The position numbers and the translations under genes are program-made. Below, piece by piece: positions 53,176-61,878 of a stretch of DNA of 64,000 bases (position 1 is its first letter; every line of letters begins with the position of its first letter). The notes below the pieces were generated by a model. That model saw nothing but the letters and a program-made list of their open reading frames with translations, searched no databases and was not told where the DNA came from. Source of the stretch: Acidimicrobiia bacterium (GTDB taxonomy: Bacteria > Actinomycetota > Acidimicrobiia > Spongiisociales > ZC4RG35). Location: the NCBI GenBank assembly GCA_965203555.1, contig CBDBCY010000004.1, positions 256,001 to 320,000 of the forward strand, in the 5' to 3' direction.

Positions 53176-53256
53176 GTTCCCTCCTCCCCAATCATTATGT
53201 TCCCTCTCCCCCAATCGTTATATCGTTCCGGGGAAGACGGCGATCCTTCCGGGGAA
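53176..53256. repeat. tandem 23-bp imperfect repeat plus two TTCCGGGGAA copies
   Basis: GTTCCCTCCTCCCCAATCATTAT / GTTCCCTCTCCCCCAATCGTTAT; TTCCGGGGAA at 53226 and 53247. Confidence 0.7.
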
Positions 53257-53682
53257 TTCATGAACCCCTACAAGAAAATCCACGGTCGTCAGTTTGGTCC
53301 TGCCCTTGGACTCTCTTTCCCGCGCAAGCCGGTTTGCCTCTTCGTAGGCTTCGAGGTTGTTGACGCCTAAAGCGAAGTTCCGATAGTCCGACAGCCAGCC
53401 GTTGCGGACAGCCTCAACATAGCTTTTGCGGTACGACTCCACCCCGAACACCGTCTCGTCGTCCATGGTGCGGACAACGAAGTCCCCGGGCCGGTCCCTG
53501 CGACGATAGCTACTGTCGTAAATGCGGGGCGTAGTGGTCTGATACACCCGGTAGGTAGCAGAGCGTCCTTCTCCGATACCGAGGAAACAAGAGTTTCCCT
53601 GGTTACAGCGTGTTGCCGTCTGTCGGTTACCACCAGACCTACAGAAGAGGAGAGGTACTTTGACCGGCAGGTAGGGGATCAC
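53218..53682 (-). CDS. hypothetical protein (possibly a truncated gene)
   Basis: Protein-like C-terminal half; no motif recognised. Confidence 0.4.
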   Translation of the reverse strand: MIPYLPVKVPLLFCRSGGNRQTATRCNQGNSCFLGIGEGRSATYRVYQTTTPRIYDSSYRRRDRPGDFVVRTMDDETVFGVESYRKSYVEAVRNGWLSDYRNFALGVNNLEAYEEANRLARERESKGRTKLTTVDFLVGVHEFPGRIAVFPGTI

Positions 53683-53773
53683 GATAGTTCACCACAGTCC
53701 ATTGGAACGTGGAGCGTGCCTCCTTTTGGTTGCAGAACACTGGCTAATACGAGTCTTGGAGAACCGAGGTTTG

Positions 53774-54997
53774 TTACGCGGTGGGGTCGGTCAGGCGGCC
53801 TATGAACAGCAGCGCGCCGGTTTCTTGGTGGATGATGGTCCATAGGAAGGGACGGTCGGCCACGATGGTGAGATCGGGCGGGGGAGGGGCGGATTCTTGG
53901 AAGGCCATGGCGGTGGCTGCTGCTGCTTCCGTGCCCTTTTCGTCCACGATTACTTTGGCGCCGTGGAGAGCGGCGGTGATGAAGATGCCGGGGGAGATGC
54001 CGTCGAATCCTGCACCGGCGCAGAACCCCTGGGGGCAGAGCCACTCGAACAGGTCGGTGGGTGGCAGGGTCTGTTCCCATTTGGGCATGGCCAGGTTGAC
54101 ATGCCCCTCTGTGGCGGTGTCTTGCATTGCGGTCAGTATGTCGGCGTCGAGGGATTCCTCGACTGCGGGGAGACCGTCGGGCTGGTGGGGGACGATGATC
54201 CACATGGCCAGCTTGCCGCCCTGGTAGGGCAGTTCGACGCCGTCGGCGTCCTGAAGTCGAACGTAACGACGAGGAACGGGTTCTCTGTCTCGCATGAACG
54301 GTACTGTCACGGACGATTGGGAGTGGGTGGTGAACTGACCGTCGCTGGTCAACTCCGCCAGGAACGGCCATGACCAGTCGGCTTTCAGGTACACAGTGTT
54401 GGCGAGGATCAACTGTTGGTCTTGTACCACGGCTTCGTTGACGATGCTCGGGATGAGACCGCGGGTCTTTTCGGACACCCATCGGTTGATGGTGTCGGCC
54501 GCGGCCGTGCCCTGGGCCGTGTCGACCGGTTGGATGGTCGTTCCGTAGTGTGCAGAGGCGGTGGCGAGGAATTCTTGCAGTGGTGAGAATTCGTCGTCCG
54601 GGAAGAGCCGGGTGGCCACTTCCAGGACGGTTGGTTCCGTCGAAGCTTGGGCCAGTGCAAGATCAACGGCGTTGGCGGCCTCGTGGAGACCTTCTTCGGG
54701 GAATCCGAAGATACTGTCGAGGACCATCCCGGAGTCGGCGGATGCTCCTGCCCGGCTCAGGCTGAAGGCGATGGCGATGCTGACGGGGCTTGAGACTGCG
54801 TTGCCCGCAAGGCGCCGATGAAAGTCCCAGCCCGCCGCGTTGACTCCGGAAACCCAATCACCGGCAGGCGCCTGCGGATCGGAAGGCGCCCGATCGGCCA
54901 CCGGTTCGAGAACTACCGTCGCTGAGGTTGTGCCAGAGGAATCGCATGCCATTGCCAGACAGGAGAGCAAGACCAGTAGGCCGACGAGCTTTGTCAT
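53774..54997 (-). CDS. serpin family lipoprotein
   Basis: Lipobox LAMAC, NAVSSPVSI, INRWVSEKTRGLI, NTVYLKADW..F, VDEKGTEAAAAT hinge and ADRPFL..LLFIGR. Confidence 0.95.
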   Translation of the reverse strand: MTKLVGLLVLLSCLAMACDSSGTTSATVVLEPVADRAPSDPQAPAGDWVSGVNAAGWDFHRRLAGNAVSSPVSIAIAFSLSRAGASADSGMVLDSIFGFPEEGLHEAANAVDLALAQASTEPTVLEVATRLFPDDEFSPLQEFLATASAHYGTTIQPVDTAQGTAAADTINRWVSEKTRGLIPSIVNEAVVQDQQLILANTVYLKADWSWPFLAELTSDGQFTTHSQSSVTVPFMRDREPVPRRYVRLQDADGVELPYQGGKLAMWIIVPHQPDGLPAVEESLDADILTAMQDTATEGHVNLAMPKWEQTLPPTDLFEWLCPQGFCAGAGFDGISPGIFITAALHGAKVIVDEKGTEAAAATAMAFQESAPPPPDLTIVADRPFLWTIIHQETGALLFIGRLTDPTA

Positions 54998-55051
54998 ACC
55001 GATCGAATGAATTGTAATGCTTGGGACGGCCTTTCACAGCTGTTCAGCTGA

Positions 55052-55498
55052 TTGACGGTGACCGCGCTCCGGGGGGCGGTTGGAGCGGATCTGCCTGCCG
55101 AGAGGAAGGACTCTCTGGGAGGTGCGCTCCACGGGGTCAAGGTGCTTTTGGCGGACCTCGCGGGCGAGGAAGCGACCCAGGCATCGATTGATGTTGACTC
55201 GGAGTGGGATCCGTTTGAAGTTTTCAGGGAACAAGAAAGGTACTCCGCCGCGGAGTCGGCGCCGATGTCTGTGCCCCGTTTCTCCGACCTGCAACAGCTG
55301 GTCCTGGAACACAACGATCCGGATGAGGCCGATGTGAGCGCCATCAAAGCAGTCTCGCATCCTGGGGAGGCGCTGACTCGGTCGGCTATGGCGGACGGGC
55401 TAAAATGCGAAAGGCTTGATACGGCAGCTGTCGAGAACCCCCTCCAGGAACTCAGGATCGCGCTTGGAGAATCATATCCGAATTGTGCAAAGGACTAA
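55052..55498 (+). CDS. hypothetical protein/fragment
   Basis: ORF ending 2 nt before ctaA; no motif recognised. Confidence 0.35.
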   Translation: MTVTALRGAVGADLPAERKDSLGGALHGVKVLLADLAGEEATQASIDVDSEWDPFEVFREQERYSAAESAPMSVPRFSDLQQLVLEHNDPDEADVSAIKAVSHPGEALTRSAMADGLKCERLDTAAVENPLQELRIALGESYPNCAKD

Positions 55499-55500
55499 CA

Positions 55501-56460
55501 ATGCCGCAGTCCGTTGCCGGTAGGAACACCGGTGAGACAAGATACAGAGTGGTGACGCTGCTGAGCCTGATTGCGGCTATTGCTCAGGTCACCCTGGGTG
55601 GGGTGGTCCGGGTCACGGGTTCCGGGGACGCGTGTCCTGATTGGCCGCTGTGTCACGGGCAGATAATCCCGCCGCTCGACTACCACATCTGGCTCGAATT
55701 CACCCATCGCCTGGCCGCAACCGCATTGGGCGTTCTGGTGGTGGCTTCACTGGTGCTGGCTTGGCGCCATATGCGGACGTCGAGAGCGGCGGTGGCTGCG
55801 ACCGCCGCAAGCACGGGGCTGGTCGTTGGCGCGGCGGTCCTCGGTGGTGTCACCGTGCTGAGCGAACTGTCGTGGTGGACGCGCCTGATCCACCTGGGGT
55901 TGGCAGAGCTGACCGTGGCCGGTCTCGCTATCGCCTGGCTGGCCGGTCACCCCGAAGATCGAAGCGGTGTTCCAAAAGACCTGGACATCACGGTTTCCAG
56001 AGAAAGCCGGATGACGACGTGGATGGGAGCGGGCGGTCTGCTGGTGGTGATTCTCTACGGTTCCTACATGGTGGGGATCGGCTACGGATCCATCTGTACC
56101 AGTTGGCCGCTGTGTGTCGGGTCTCGCATCCCAGGGGGTATGGGGTTCACGGTCAACATGGGTCACCGCTACATTGTGGCGATCGTGGCCGTGCTGGTCC
56201 TTCGCGCCTGCTATGTCGCTTGGAACCAGGGAGCGACTTTTAGGCAGCTGCGCTGGATGGCCGCTCTCACGGCCTGGTTCCTGGTGCTCGAGATAGGGGT
56301 GGGAGCATTCACAGCATTGCTGGGTTCATCCCCCCTCATGGCATCCCTCCACCTGACCTTTGCCACTCTGTCATTGGTGTCAATGGTCTTGATGGCCACG
56401 GTACAGCTCGATCCCGTCACGTTTCACGTGCGAACCCGACGCTCGCAGATCTCTGGTTGA
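55501..56460 (+). CDS. ctaA: heme A synthase (COX15/CtaA)
   Basis: GGVVRVTGSGDACPDWPLC, EFTHR and the conserved His in the second half. Confidence 0.92.
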   Translation: MPQSVAGRNTGETRYRVVTLLSLIAAIAQVTLGGVVRVTGSGDACPDWPLCHGQIIPPLDYHIWLEFTHRLAATALGVLVVASLVLAWRHMRTSRAAVAATAASTGLVVGAAVLGGVTVLSELSWWTRLIHLGLAELTVAGLAIAWLAGHPEDRSGVPKDLDITVSRESRMTTWMGAGGLLVVILYGSYMVGIGYGSICTSWPLCVGSRIPGGMGFTVNMGHRYIVAIVAVLVLRACYVAWNQGATFRQLRWMAALTAWFLVLEIGVGAFTALLGSSPLMASLHLTFATLSLVSMVLMATVQLDPVTFHVRTRRSQISG

Positions 56461-57359
56461 TGCGCGTTTCCGCCACTCGCCAGTACCCAGTCCTGCGCGA
56501 CTATGTCGAGCTCACCAAACCCCGAATCATCTCCCTGCTGCTGATCACCGCACTGGGCAGCATGTTTCTGGCCGCCCAGGGCTGGCCCGATCCCCTGTTG
56601 ACCGCCCTGGTTGTCGTCTCCGGCTACCTGGCGTCCGGCGGCGCCAACGCTCTCAATCACGGCTTGGAAGCTGACCTGGACCGGAAGATGCGCCGCACCC
56701 GCCGCCGCCCGGTTGCCAGCGGCAGAATATCGAAGAGGCGGGCTTTCGTCTTCGGGACCGTTCTCAACCTGGCCGCCTTCGCAATCCTGTCGGTCTTTGT
56801 GAACCTTCTCAGCGCCGTACTTGCCCTGAGCGGCACCCTCATATACATATTCGTCTACACCAAAGGCCTCAAGCGGACCACCCCCCAGAACATCGTCATC
56901 GGAGGCGCGGCAGGTGCAGTCCCGCCGCTGGTGGGATGGGCCGCTGTAACGGGAACGGTTGAATTGCCGGCCCTCTACCTCTTTGCCATCATTTTTATGT
57001 GGACGCCCCCGCACTTTTGGGCACTGTCTCTGTTGATCAAGGACGATTACGCCCGCGCCGGGATCCCGATGCTGCCGGTCGTCTCCACCCTGGCTGCCAC
57101 CAAACGTCAGATCCTGATCTACACGGTGGTGCTGGTTTGTGTCTCCCTGTTGCTTGCCACCACCGGGGCGGTTGGATGGATCTACCTGGTGGGCGCCTTC
57201 GCACTGGGTGCTGGGTTCATCATCCGGGCAATCCGGCTCGCAAGGGATGACGGAACCCAGACAGCCAGGGCGCTATATGTCTATTCGCTCGCATACCTGG
57301 CCCTGCTGTTTGGGGTCCTGATGGCTGACTCGGCGGTGGACCGCTACCTAATCGGCTGA
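56460..57359 (+). CDS. ctaB: heme O synthase (protoheme IX farnesyltransferase)
   Basis: LTKPRII, D..M.RT..RP, LKRTTPQNIVIGG, WTPPHFWAL and DYARAGIPMLP motifs. Confidence 0.96.
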   Translation: MRVSATRQYPVLRDYVELTKPRIISLLLITALGSMFLAAQGWPDPLLTALVVVSGYLASGGANALNHGLEADLDRKMRRTRRRPVASGRISKRRAFVFGTVLNLAAFAILSVFVNLLSAVLALSGTLIYIFVYTKGLKRTTPQNIVIGGAAGAVPPLVGWAAVTGTVELPALYLFAIIFMWTPPHFWALSLLIKDDYARAGIPMLPVVSTLAATKRQILIYTVVLVCVSLLLATTGAVGWIYLVGAFALGAGFIIRAIRLARDDGTQTARALYVYSLAYLALLFGVLMADSAVDRYLIG

Positions 57360-57417
57360 ATCGATGCATAAGGGAGCATCACCGCACCGGAGAAAGGTGA
57401 AGCATACGTCCCGTCGG

Positions 57418-58671
57418 TCATCCGGCTCTCACGGGGACGCGGGTCGACAGATAGGCGGTCAGATGGTCGACCAGGTCGCGGGCGTCGTCTTCGGCGCCGT
57501 GGATGAAGCTCGACTTTCGTCGGCGCAGGAAATTCAACCCGATCCTGTACATGCCGGGCGCGCCGGTGACGACTCCGCCGTCGTGACGGAGGCGGCTCTT
57601 GTGGTCGAGCACCGGAACATCCAGCCAGGAGTAGTCCGGCCGGTACCCGGTGGCCCACACGACGGCCTTGATCTCCCCGCTTCGGAGGTCGAGACTCAGA
57701 GGCGGTGACTTCTCGACGCGGGTCCGCTCGTAGCGGTGGGGAGGGTCGTACTCGGCATCCAGGCCGTTCTCGGTGATCCACTCGTCGATAGTGAGAAGCA
57801 GCCTGCCCATCTTGAGGTCGGAGCGGTTGCACTTGTTGTGCAGTGACCCCGACAACTGGGCCATGCCGTCCCTGATGCCGGCCAGCCGGCCCACCATGCG
57901 CACTCCCTGGTCGGTCAGGGCGTTGAGGTCGAGCATCAGCCGCTGCGGCGTGCCCACCAACTGGGGGGAGGGGACCGTGCGGGCCCGCAGGATGTCATCC
58001 ACCTCGTCGTAGCGTTCGTCGGACAGGCCGGTGACCTCGAACCAATAGCGAATGTCCTTCCCGCGGTACACCCGGGGCATGCGGACGTGTTCGCCCACCG
58101 ACACCGTCACCGGTCGCCCGGAACGGTGGATCTCGTCGGCCAGTTGCACTCCGGTGGCGGATACTCCCACCACCAGTACACCGCCTTCCCGCAGGTCCGA
58201 CGGGCGCCGATAGTCGAGCGGGGTCACCGAGTCGATCGAGCCCGGGAGCGCCGCGGCGACGGGGGGGACCTTGGGTAGGTTGAACCCGCCGGTGGCTAGC
58301 ACCACCGTGCGGCACGACCACACCCCACGGTCGGTTAAGACCTGGTAGCCCTCGCCGTCCCTGCGCACCGAGGTGACGGTGGTATGGGTGTGGAGGGGCG
58401 GATCGACCATTCGGGCGTAACGGTCGAAGAAGTCGACGATCTCTGGCATGGTCATGAAGCCGTCGGGATCGTCTCCGTCGTAGGCGAAGCCGGGCAACCT
58501 GGTCTGCCAGTTGGGAGTGAGCAGACGAAGCGCATCCCAGCGCTCCGTCCGCCAAGTGTTGGCCACCTCCCCGCGCTCGAGGACCACATGGTCGATCGAG
58601 CGCTGGGAAAGGAGGCAGCTAACCGCCAGGCCGGTGTGCCCGGCCCCAATTACGACAGTGTCAACGCGCAC
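57418..58671 (-). CDS. flavin-containing monooxygenase-like NAD(P)/FAD oxidoreductase
   Basis: GAGHTG, ERWDALRLLTPNW, LATG and VWATGY motifs. Confidence 0.9.
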   Translation of the reverse strand: MRVDTVVIGAGHTGLAVSCLLSQRSIDHVVLERGEVANTWRTERWDALRLLTPNWQTRLPGFAYDGDDPDGFMTMPEIVDFFDRYARMVDPPLHTHTTVTSVRRDGEGYQVLTDRGVWSCRTVVLATGGFNLPKVPPVAAALPGSIDSVTPLDYRRPSDLREGGVLVVGVSATGVQLADEIHRSGRPVTVSVGEHVRMPRVYRGKDIRYWFEVTGLSDERYDEVDDILRARTVPSPQLVGTPQRLMLDLNALTDQGVRMVGRLAGIRDGMAQLSGSLHNKCNRSDLKMGRLLLTIDEWITENGLDAEYDPPHRYERTRVEKSPPLSLDLRSGEIKAVVWATGYRPDYSWLDVPVLDHKSRLRHDGGVVTGAPGMYRIGLNFLRRRKSSFIHGAEDDARDLVDHLTAYLSTRVPVRAG

Positions 58672-58684
58672 CCTCCCTCGCCTG

Positions 58685-59239
58685 TTAGTTGACCTGCACG
58701 GTCACGTTAGTGGGGTTGGTCAGTATGTCGAACACGGCCGATATCTTTTGCGACTGGGCGACCAATGCCTCGACATCCGCCGCGCTGGTCTCGTCGGCGT
58801 TGATCTGGTAGCTGACCCGCACGTCGCTGAATCCGTTTCGCACCTCGGGATCTGCTCCGAGAATGCCTCCGATGTTCATATCGGCTTCCACCGTTGCCTT
58901 TACGGAACGAAGCTTGATCTCGCGATTCTCGGCCACGGCCGCCACGCCGGCGGTCAGGCAACTCGCCAGGCCCGCCAGAACGATCTCCACCGGAGTGGCG
59001 GCGTTGTCCTCGGCGTTGAACTCCAGAGGATGGTCGGCTTCCAGTTGGTAGGTCGACTTGTGGGCGCGCTCTTCACCCAGTCCGAAGTACCCGCCGATCT
59101 CCGTCTTGCTGTGGGTTCCGTGCACCCACTCGTTGGAGGCTCTCCACGTGTAGTCGCCCGCGGCCGGTGTCTCTCCGACCACTCCCCGGGCAAACAGCAG
59201 ATGCGCCGTGTCTACTCCGTTGATCTCACCTTTGCTCAT
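58685..59239 (-). CDS. OsmC-like protein
   Basis: INGVD, ADHP, TPVE..LASCLTA and VRNGF motifs; strong AGGAG SD. Confidence 0.9.
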   Translation of the reverse strand: MSKGEINGVDTAHLLFARGVVGETPAAGDYTWRASNEWVHGTHSKTEIGGYFGLGEERAHKSTYQLEADHPLEFNAEDNAATPVEIVLAGLASCLTAGVAAVAENREIKLRSVKATVEADMNIGGILGADPEVRNGFSDVRVSYQINADETSAADVEALVAQSQKISAVFDILTNPTNVTVQVN

Positions 59240-59315
59240 TGGATTCTCCTTTGTCTTGTGTTGGCTGGTTCGATGTATGGGTTTCTTATGATCTGATCGT
59301 CATCCTATAGGATCG

Positions 59316-59605
59316 GGTCCCTGCTGTCGGAGTCTTGACCCTTGAACCAAGGACCTGTCCCGGTGGATGTGAAACTGACGCCGCGGCCGGGGGCCATATT
59401 CGGCTCCCGGGTGGTGGCGTCGTCTAAGGGCGGTAAACAGTCCCGCCCGGGTAAGCCACCCGGGAGCCGGGACAACCCATGTAGCCGCGCATATATGTGG
59501 CGGCAAAGAACAGGGTATCCATACGACTGTGCTCCTCTCGCCTGCGCGCCATTGGGAGGCTAGTCGGATACCTGCACATCTGGGAAGACACCATGTACAG
59601 GGACC
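59316..59605 (-). promoter_or_regulatory. structured 5' leader/ncRNA candidate upstream of the OsmC operon
   Basis: Nested inverted repeats; -10 TATCAT adjacent on the minus strand; contains a uORF. Confidence 0.45.
59424..59522 (-). CDS. candidate 32-aa leader peptide
   Basis: GAGGAG SD 9 nt before the ATG; MDTLFFAATYMRGYMGCPGSRVAYPGGTVYRP*. Confidence 0.4.
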   Translation of the reverse strand: MDTLFFAATYMRGYMGCPGSRVAYPGGTVYRP

Positions 59606-59890
59606 ATGATAGCCACACTTTTAGAAAAACGTGCGTCTTAGGTGGAGAATAGGACAGTCACCGGTGGGTCCAACTGGTCACGACACCACTCCCTGGTACC
59701 CACTGCGGTTGCTGAGATGGGGACAGGCGTCGACTCTCGGGGAGCCGGCTTGACTGGAAGGTACGCTGTGCGCAGATTGGCGTTCCCCAGGAACTGGATT
59801 GGGATTGCATGCTGTGGGACGGCGCCGGCAAGGCGCGCCTCTCAAATCCTTGGGCCGGTGGGATTTTTGCCCGTGTAGCCTTTGGAATTG

Positions 59891-60193
59891 ATGACCGACC
59901 ACAAAGAGTTGCCGCAGCAGGTTGCCGACCTGGTTGAGTTGACCAAGCAGTATCTGCGCCAGGAGACGGTGGACCCTCTGCGCAGGATCGGCCGTTCGGT
60001 GGCCACCGCCCTGATGGCAGCCTTGCTGGTGGGACTGGGAGTGGTGATGCTGTCCATGGGATTGCACCGATTTCTAACCGAAGTCCTGCCCGACGGCCAG
60101 TGGTGGACATCCGCCGCAGCCGCCCTCGTGGCAGTCGTGTTCGGCCTGGCGGCAGCGATAGTGGCCACAAGACTGAGGACCGGGAATGAATAG
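59891..60193 (+). CDS. small two-TM protein (actinobacterial holin-X/DUF1469-like)
   Basis: LVELTKQYLRQETVDPL followed by two TM helices. Confidence 0.75.
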   Translation: MTDHKELPQQVADLVELTKQYLRQETVDPLRRIGRSVATALMAALLVGLGVVMLSMGLHRFLTEVLPDGQWWTSAAAALVAVVFGLAAAIVATRLRTGNE

Positions 60194-60407
60194 TGAACGC
60201 GCCTCGGTGGTGACCCGGGAGGATCTGGAGTTGAGAGCCCGGGAGATCGTGGACACTCTGAACGAAACGGGCGAGTCCATGAAGAGCCCCCTCTTCTTGA
60301 AAGGACTGGGAGCGGCGGCCGCCATGGGAATCGTCTACTGGGTGGGAAGGCGCCGCGGACGCAAACGAATCAGAAAGGCCATCTCCGAACTGGCCCGCAT
60401 GGTTTGA
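60186..60407 (+). CDS. small membrane-anchored protein (DUF3618-like)
   Basis: TREDLE...DTL, a C-terminal TM helix and a basic tail; overlaps the upstream gene. Confidence 0.65.
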   Translation: MNSERASVVTREDLELRAREIVDTLNETGESMKSPLFLKGLGAAAAMGIVYWVGRRRGRKRIRKAISELARMV

Positions 60408-60476
60408 AGGGGCCGACCCGGCGGGATCGAAGCCGAGCGCCGCTCCACAGAACCTTGAGGCGCCCGTTCACGGAGG

Positions 60477-60611
60477 TCAGCCTCGCCGTCGTTGTCGCCT
60501 GGCCACCCAGCGCCACATCAACAGGCCGGCGGCCATCAGCCAGAAATCTCCGGTGCGCGCGCCGCCGAAAGCGTAGTTTCTCGCCAGGCGTTTGAGGTGG
60601 TTGCTTTTCAC
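60477..60611 (-). CDS. possible small membrane protein
   Basis: VKSNHLKRLARNYAFGGARTGDFWLMAAGLLMWRWVARRQRRRG: hydrophobic core with a basic tail. Confidence 0.3.
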   Translation of the reverse strand: MKSNHLKRLARNYAFGGARTGDFWLMAAGLLMWRWVARRQRRRG

Positions 60612-60681
60612 GACAGTGGGTATAAGGTAGTGATCTAAGGCTAGACACTTGGCGAAAGGAGTGGTCTTGATAGGCAACCGC

Positions 60682-60762
60682 ATGCGAAGAGTCCTGGTGT
60701 GGATACTGGTGATGGCTCTGGTGCTGACCTTGCTGACCTCGGTGGTTTCGGTATTCCAATGA
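60682..60762 (+). CDS. 26-aa (or 31-aa from TTG 60667) single-TM microprotein
   Basis: MRRVLVWILVMALVLTLLTSVVSVFQ*; AAGGAG SD before the TTG; ATGA overlap with ttuB. Confidence 0.55.
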   Translation: MRRVLVWILVMALVLTLLTSVVSVFQ

Positions 60763-60953
60763 AAGTGCTGATGCACCAGCCTCGCAGGGAGATCGACGTG
60801 AAGGGGCCCAGGACCGTCAGGGCTCTGCTCAACCGGCTTGACCTGCTGTCCGAGTCGGTGCTGGTCATCAGGGAAGACCAACTTCTCACCGACGAGGAGC
60901 GGGTTTATCCCGACGACACCATCGAGTTGCGCCCGGTCATCTCTGGGGGATGA
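60759..60953 (+). CDS. ttuB: ThiS/MoaD-family ubiquitin-like sulfur carrier (TtuB-like)
   Basis: 64 aa ending VISGG; directly upstream of TtuA. Confidence 0.85.
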   Translation: MKVLMHQPRREIDVKGPRTVRALLNRLDLLSESVLVIREDQLLTDEERVYPDDTIELRPVISGG

Positions 60954-60960
60954 CGAGGCA

Positions 60961-61878
60961 GTGAAATGCCGGGTGTGCCGGGAGCGGGCGGTGATCGCCG
61001 TCCGGCGTCACAACGCCGGGTTCTGCAGGGATCATTTCATCGCCCACATTCACCGCCAGGTGGAACGGACTATCTCCGACTACCACATGTTCGGCGACCA
61101 GGAGCGCCTGGTGCTGGGAGTGTCGGGAGGAAAGGACAGTCTGGCGCTGTGGGAGATCCTCACCGTGCTGGGATACCGGGTGGACGGCGTTTATCTGCAC
61201 CTGGGAATAGACGAATACAGTTCCGACGGACTGCGGTTCAGCCAGGAATTCGCCGCACGTCGCGACTTGTCGCTGGAGGTGGTGGATCTTGGGCGAGAAC
61301 ACGGGTTCTCGGTGCCCGAAGCCGGCCAGGTGACCAGCAGGGTGGCATGCGCGGCCTGCGGTCTTTCCAAGCGTTACCTGCTCAACCGGGTGGCCGCCCG
61401 CCGGGGCTATGCCGTGCTGGTGACGGGCCACAACCTCGACGACGAGGCGGCGGTGTTGTGGGGGAACGTTCTAAGGTGGCAGGTGGACTTCCTGGCCAGG
61501 CAACGACCGGTGCTTCCCGCCTCCGAGGAGGGACTGGTGCGAAAGGTGAAACCCCTGGTCAGGGTGGCGGAGCGGGAGACGGCGGCCTATGCGGTGCTCA
61601 GGGGGATCGAGTACGAGATAGATGAGTGCCCCATGGCGGCAGGCAACACTCTCAACCGCTACAAGGGGTGGCTGAACCTGTTGGAGGAGCAGTCTCCGGG
61701 TCTCAAAGCCCAGTTCCTGTTCGGGTTCCTCGACCGGGGGGCGGCATATTTTCCTCCCGACCCACCGGACCTGTCGCTATGCCGCCAATGCGGGCAGCCC
61801 ACTCCCGGGGAGGACTGCGCCTTCTGCCGGATGAAAAAGGTGACCGTGCTTCGCATAGCCGATCGTCGTTCGGCATGA
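60961..61878 (+). CDS. ttuA: tRNA 2-thiolation protein, TtuA/Ncs6 family
   Basis: N-terminal CxxC..CxxH finger, SGGKDS PP-loop, CAAC, GHNLDD, ECP and a C-terminal CxxC..CAFC. Confidence 0.88.
   Translation: MKCRVCRERAVIAVRRHNAGFCRDHFIAHIHRQVERTISDYHMFGDQERLVLGVSGGKDSLALWEILTVLGYRVDGVYLHLGIDEYSSDGLRFSQEFAARRDLSLEVVDLGREHGFSVPEAGQVTSRVACAACGLSKRYLLNRVAARRGYAVLVTGHNLDDEAAVLWGNVLRWQVDFLARQRPVLPASEEGLVRKVKPLVRVAERETAAYAVLRGIEYEIDECPMAAGNTLNRYKGWLNLLEEQSPGLKAQFLFGFLDRGAAYFPPDPPDLSLCRQCGQPTPGEDCAFCRMKKVTVLRIADRRSA

Larger units (their letters stand above)
47070..55400. mobile_element. tRNA-Leu(GAG)-adjacent genomic island (right boundary approximate)
   Basis: IS, Fic, hypothetical genes and a serpin lie between the tRNA and housekeeping ctaA. 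No integrase or att duplication seen. Confidence 0.5.

Noticed and set aside
47070-55500. attR duplication of the tRNA 3' end / prophage
   Set aside because: I saw no repeat of either tRNA 3' end, no integrase and no phage genes in the window.
59316-59605. Calling this 6S, Ms1, RNase P, a ZTP riboswitch or a group II intron fragment
   Set aside because: Only short motif resemblances (CCTTGAACCAAGG, GGTAAAC, AGTCCCGCCCGGGTAAG); the diagnostic cores are missing or out of order. A covariance-model search is needed.
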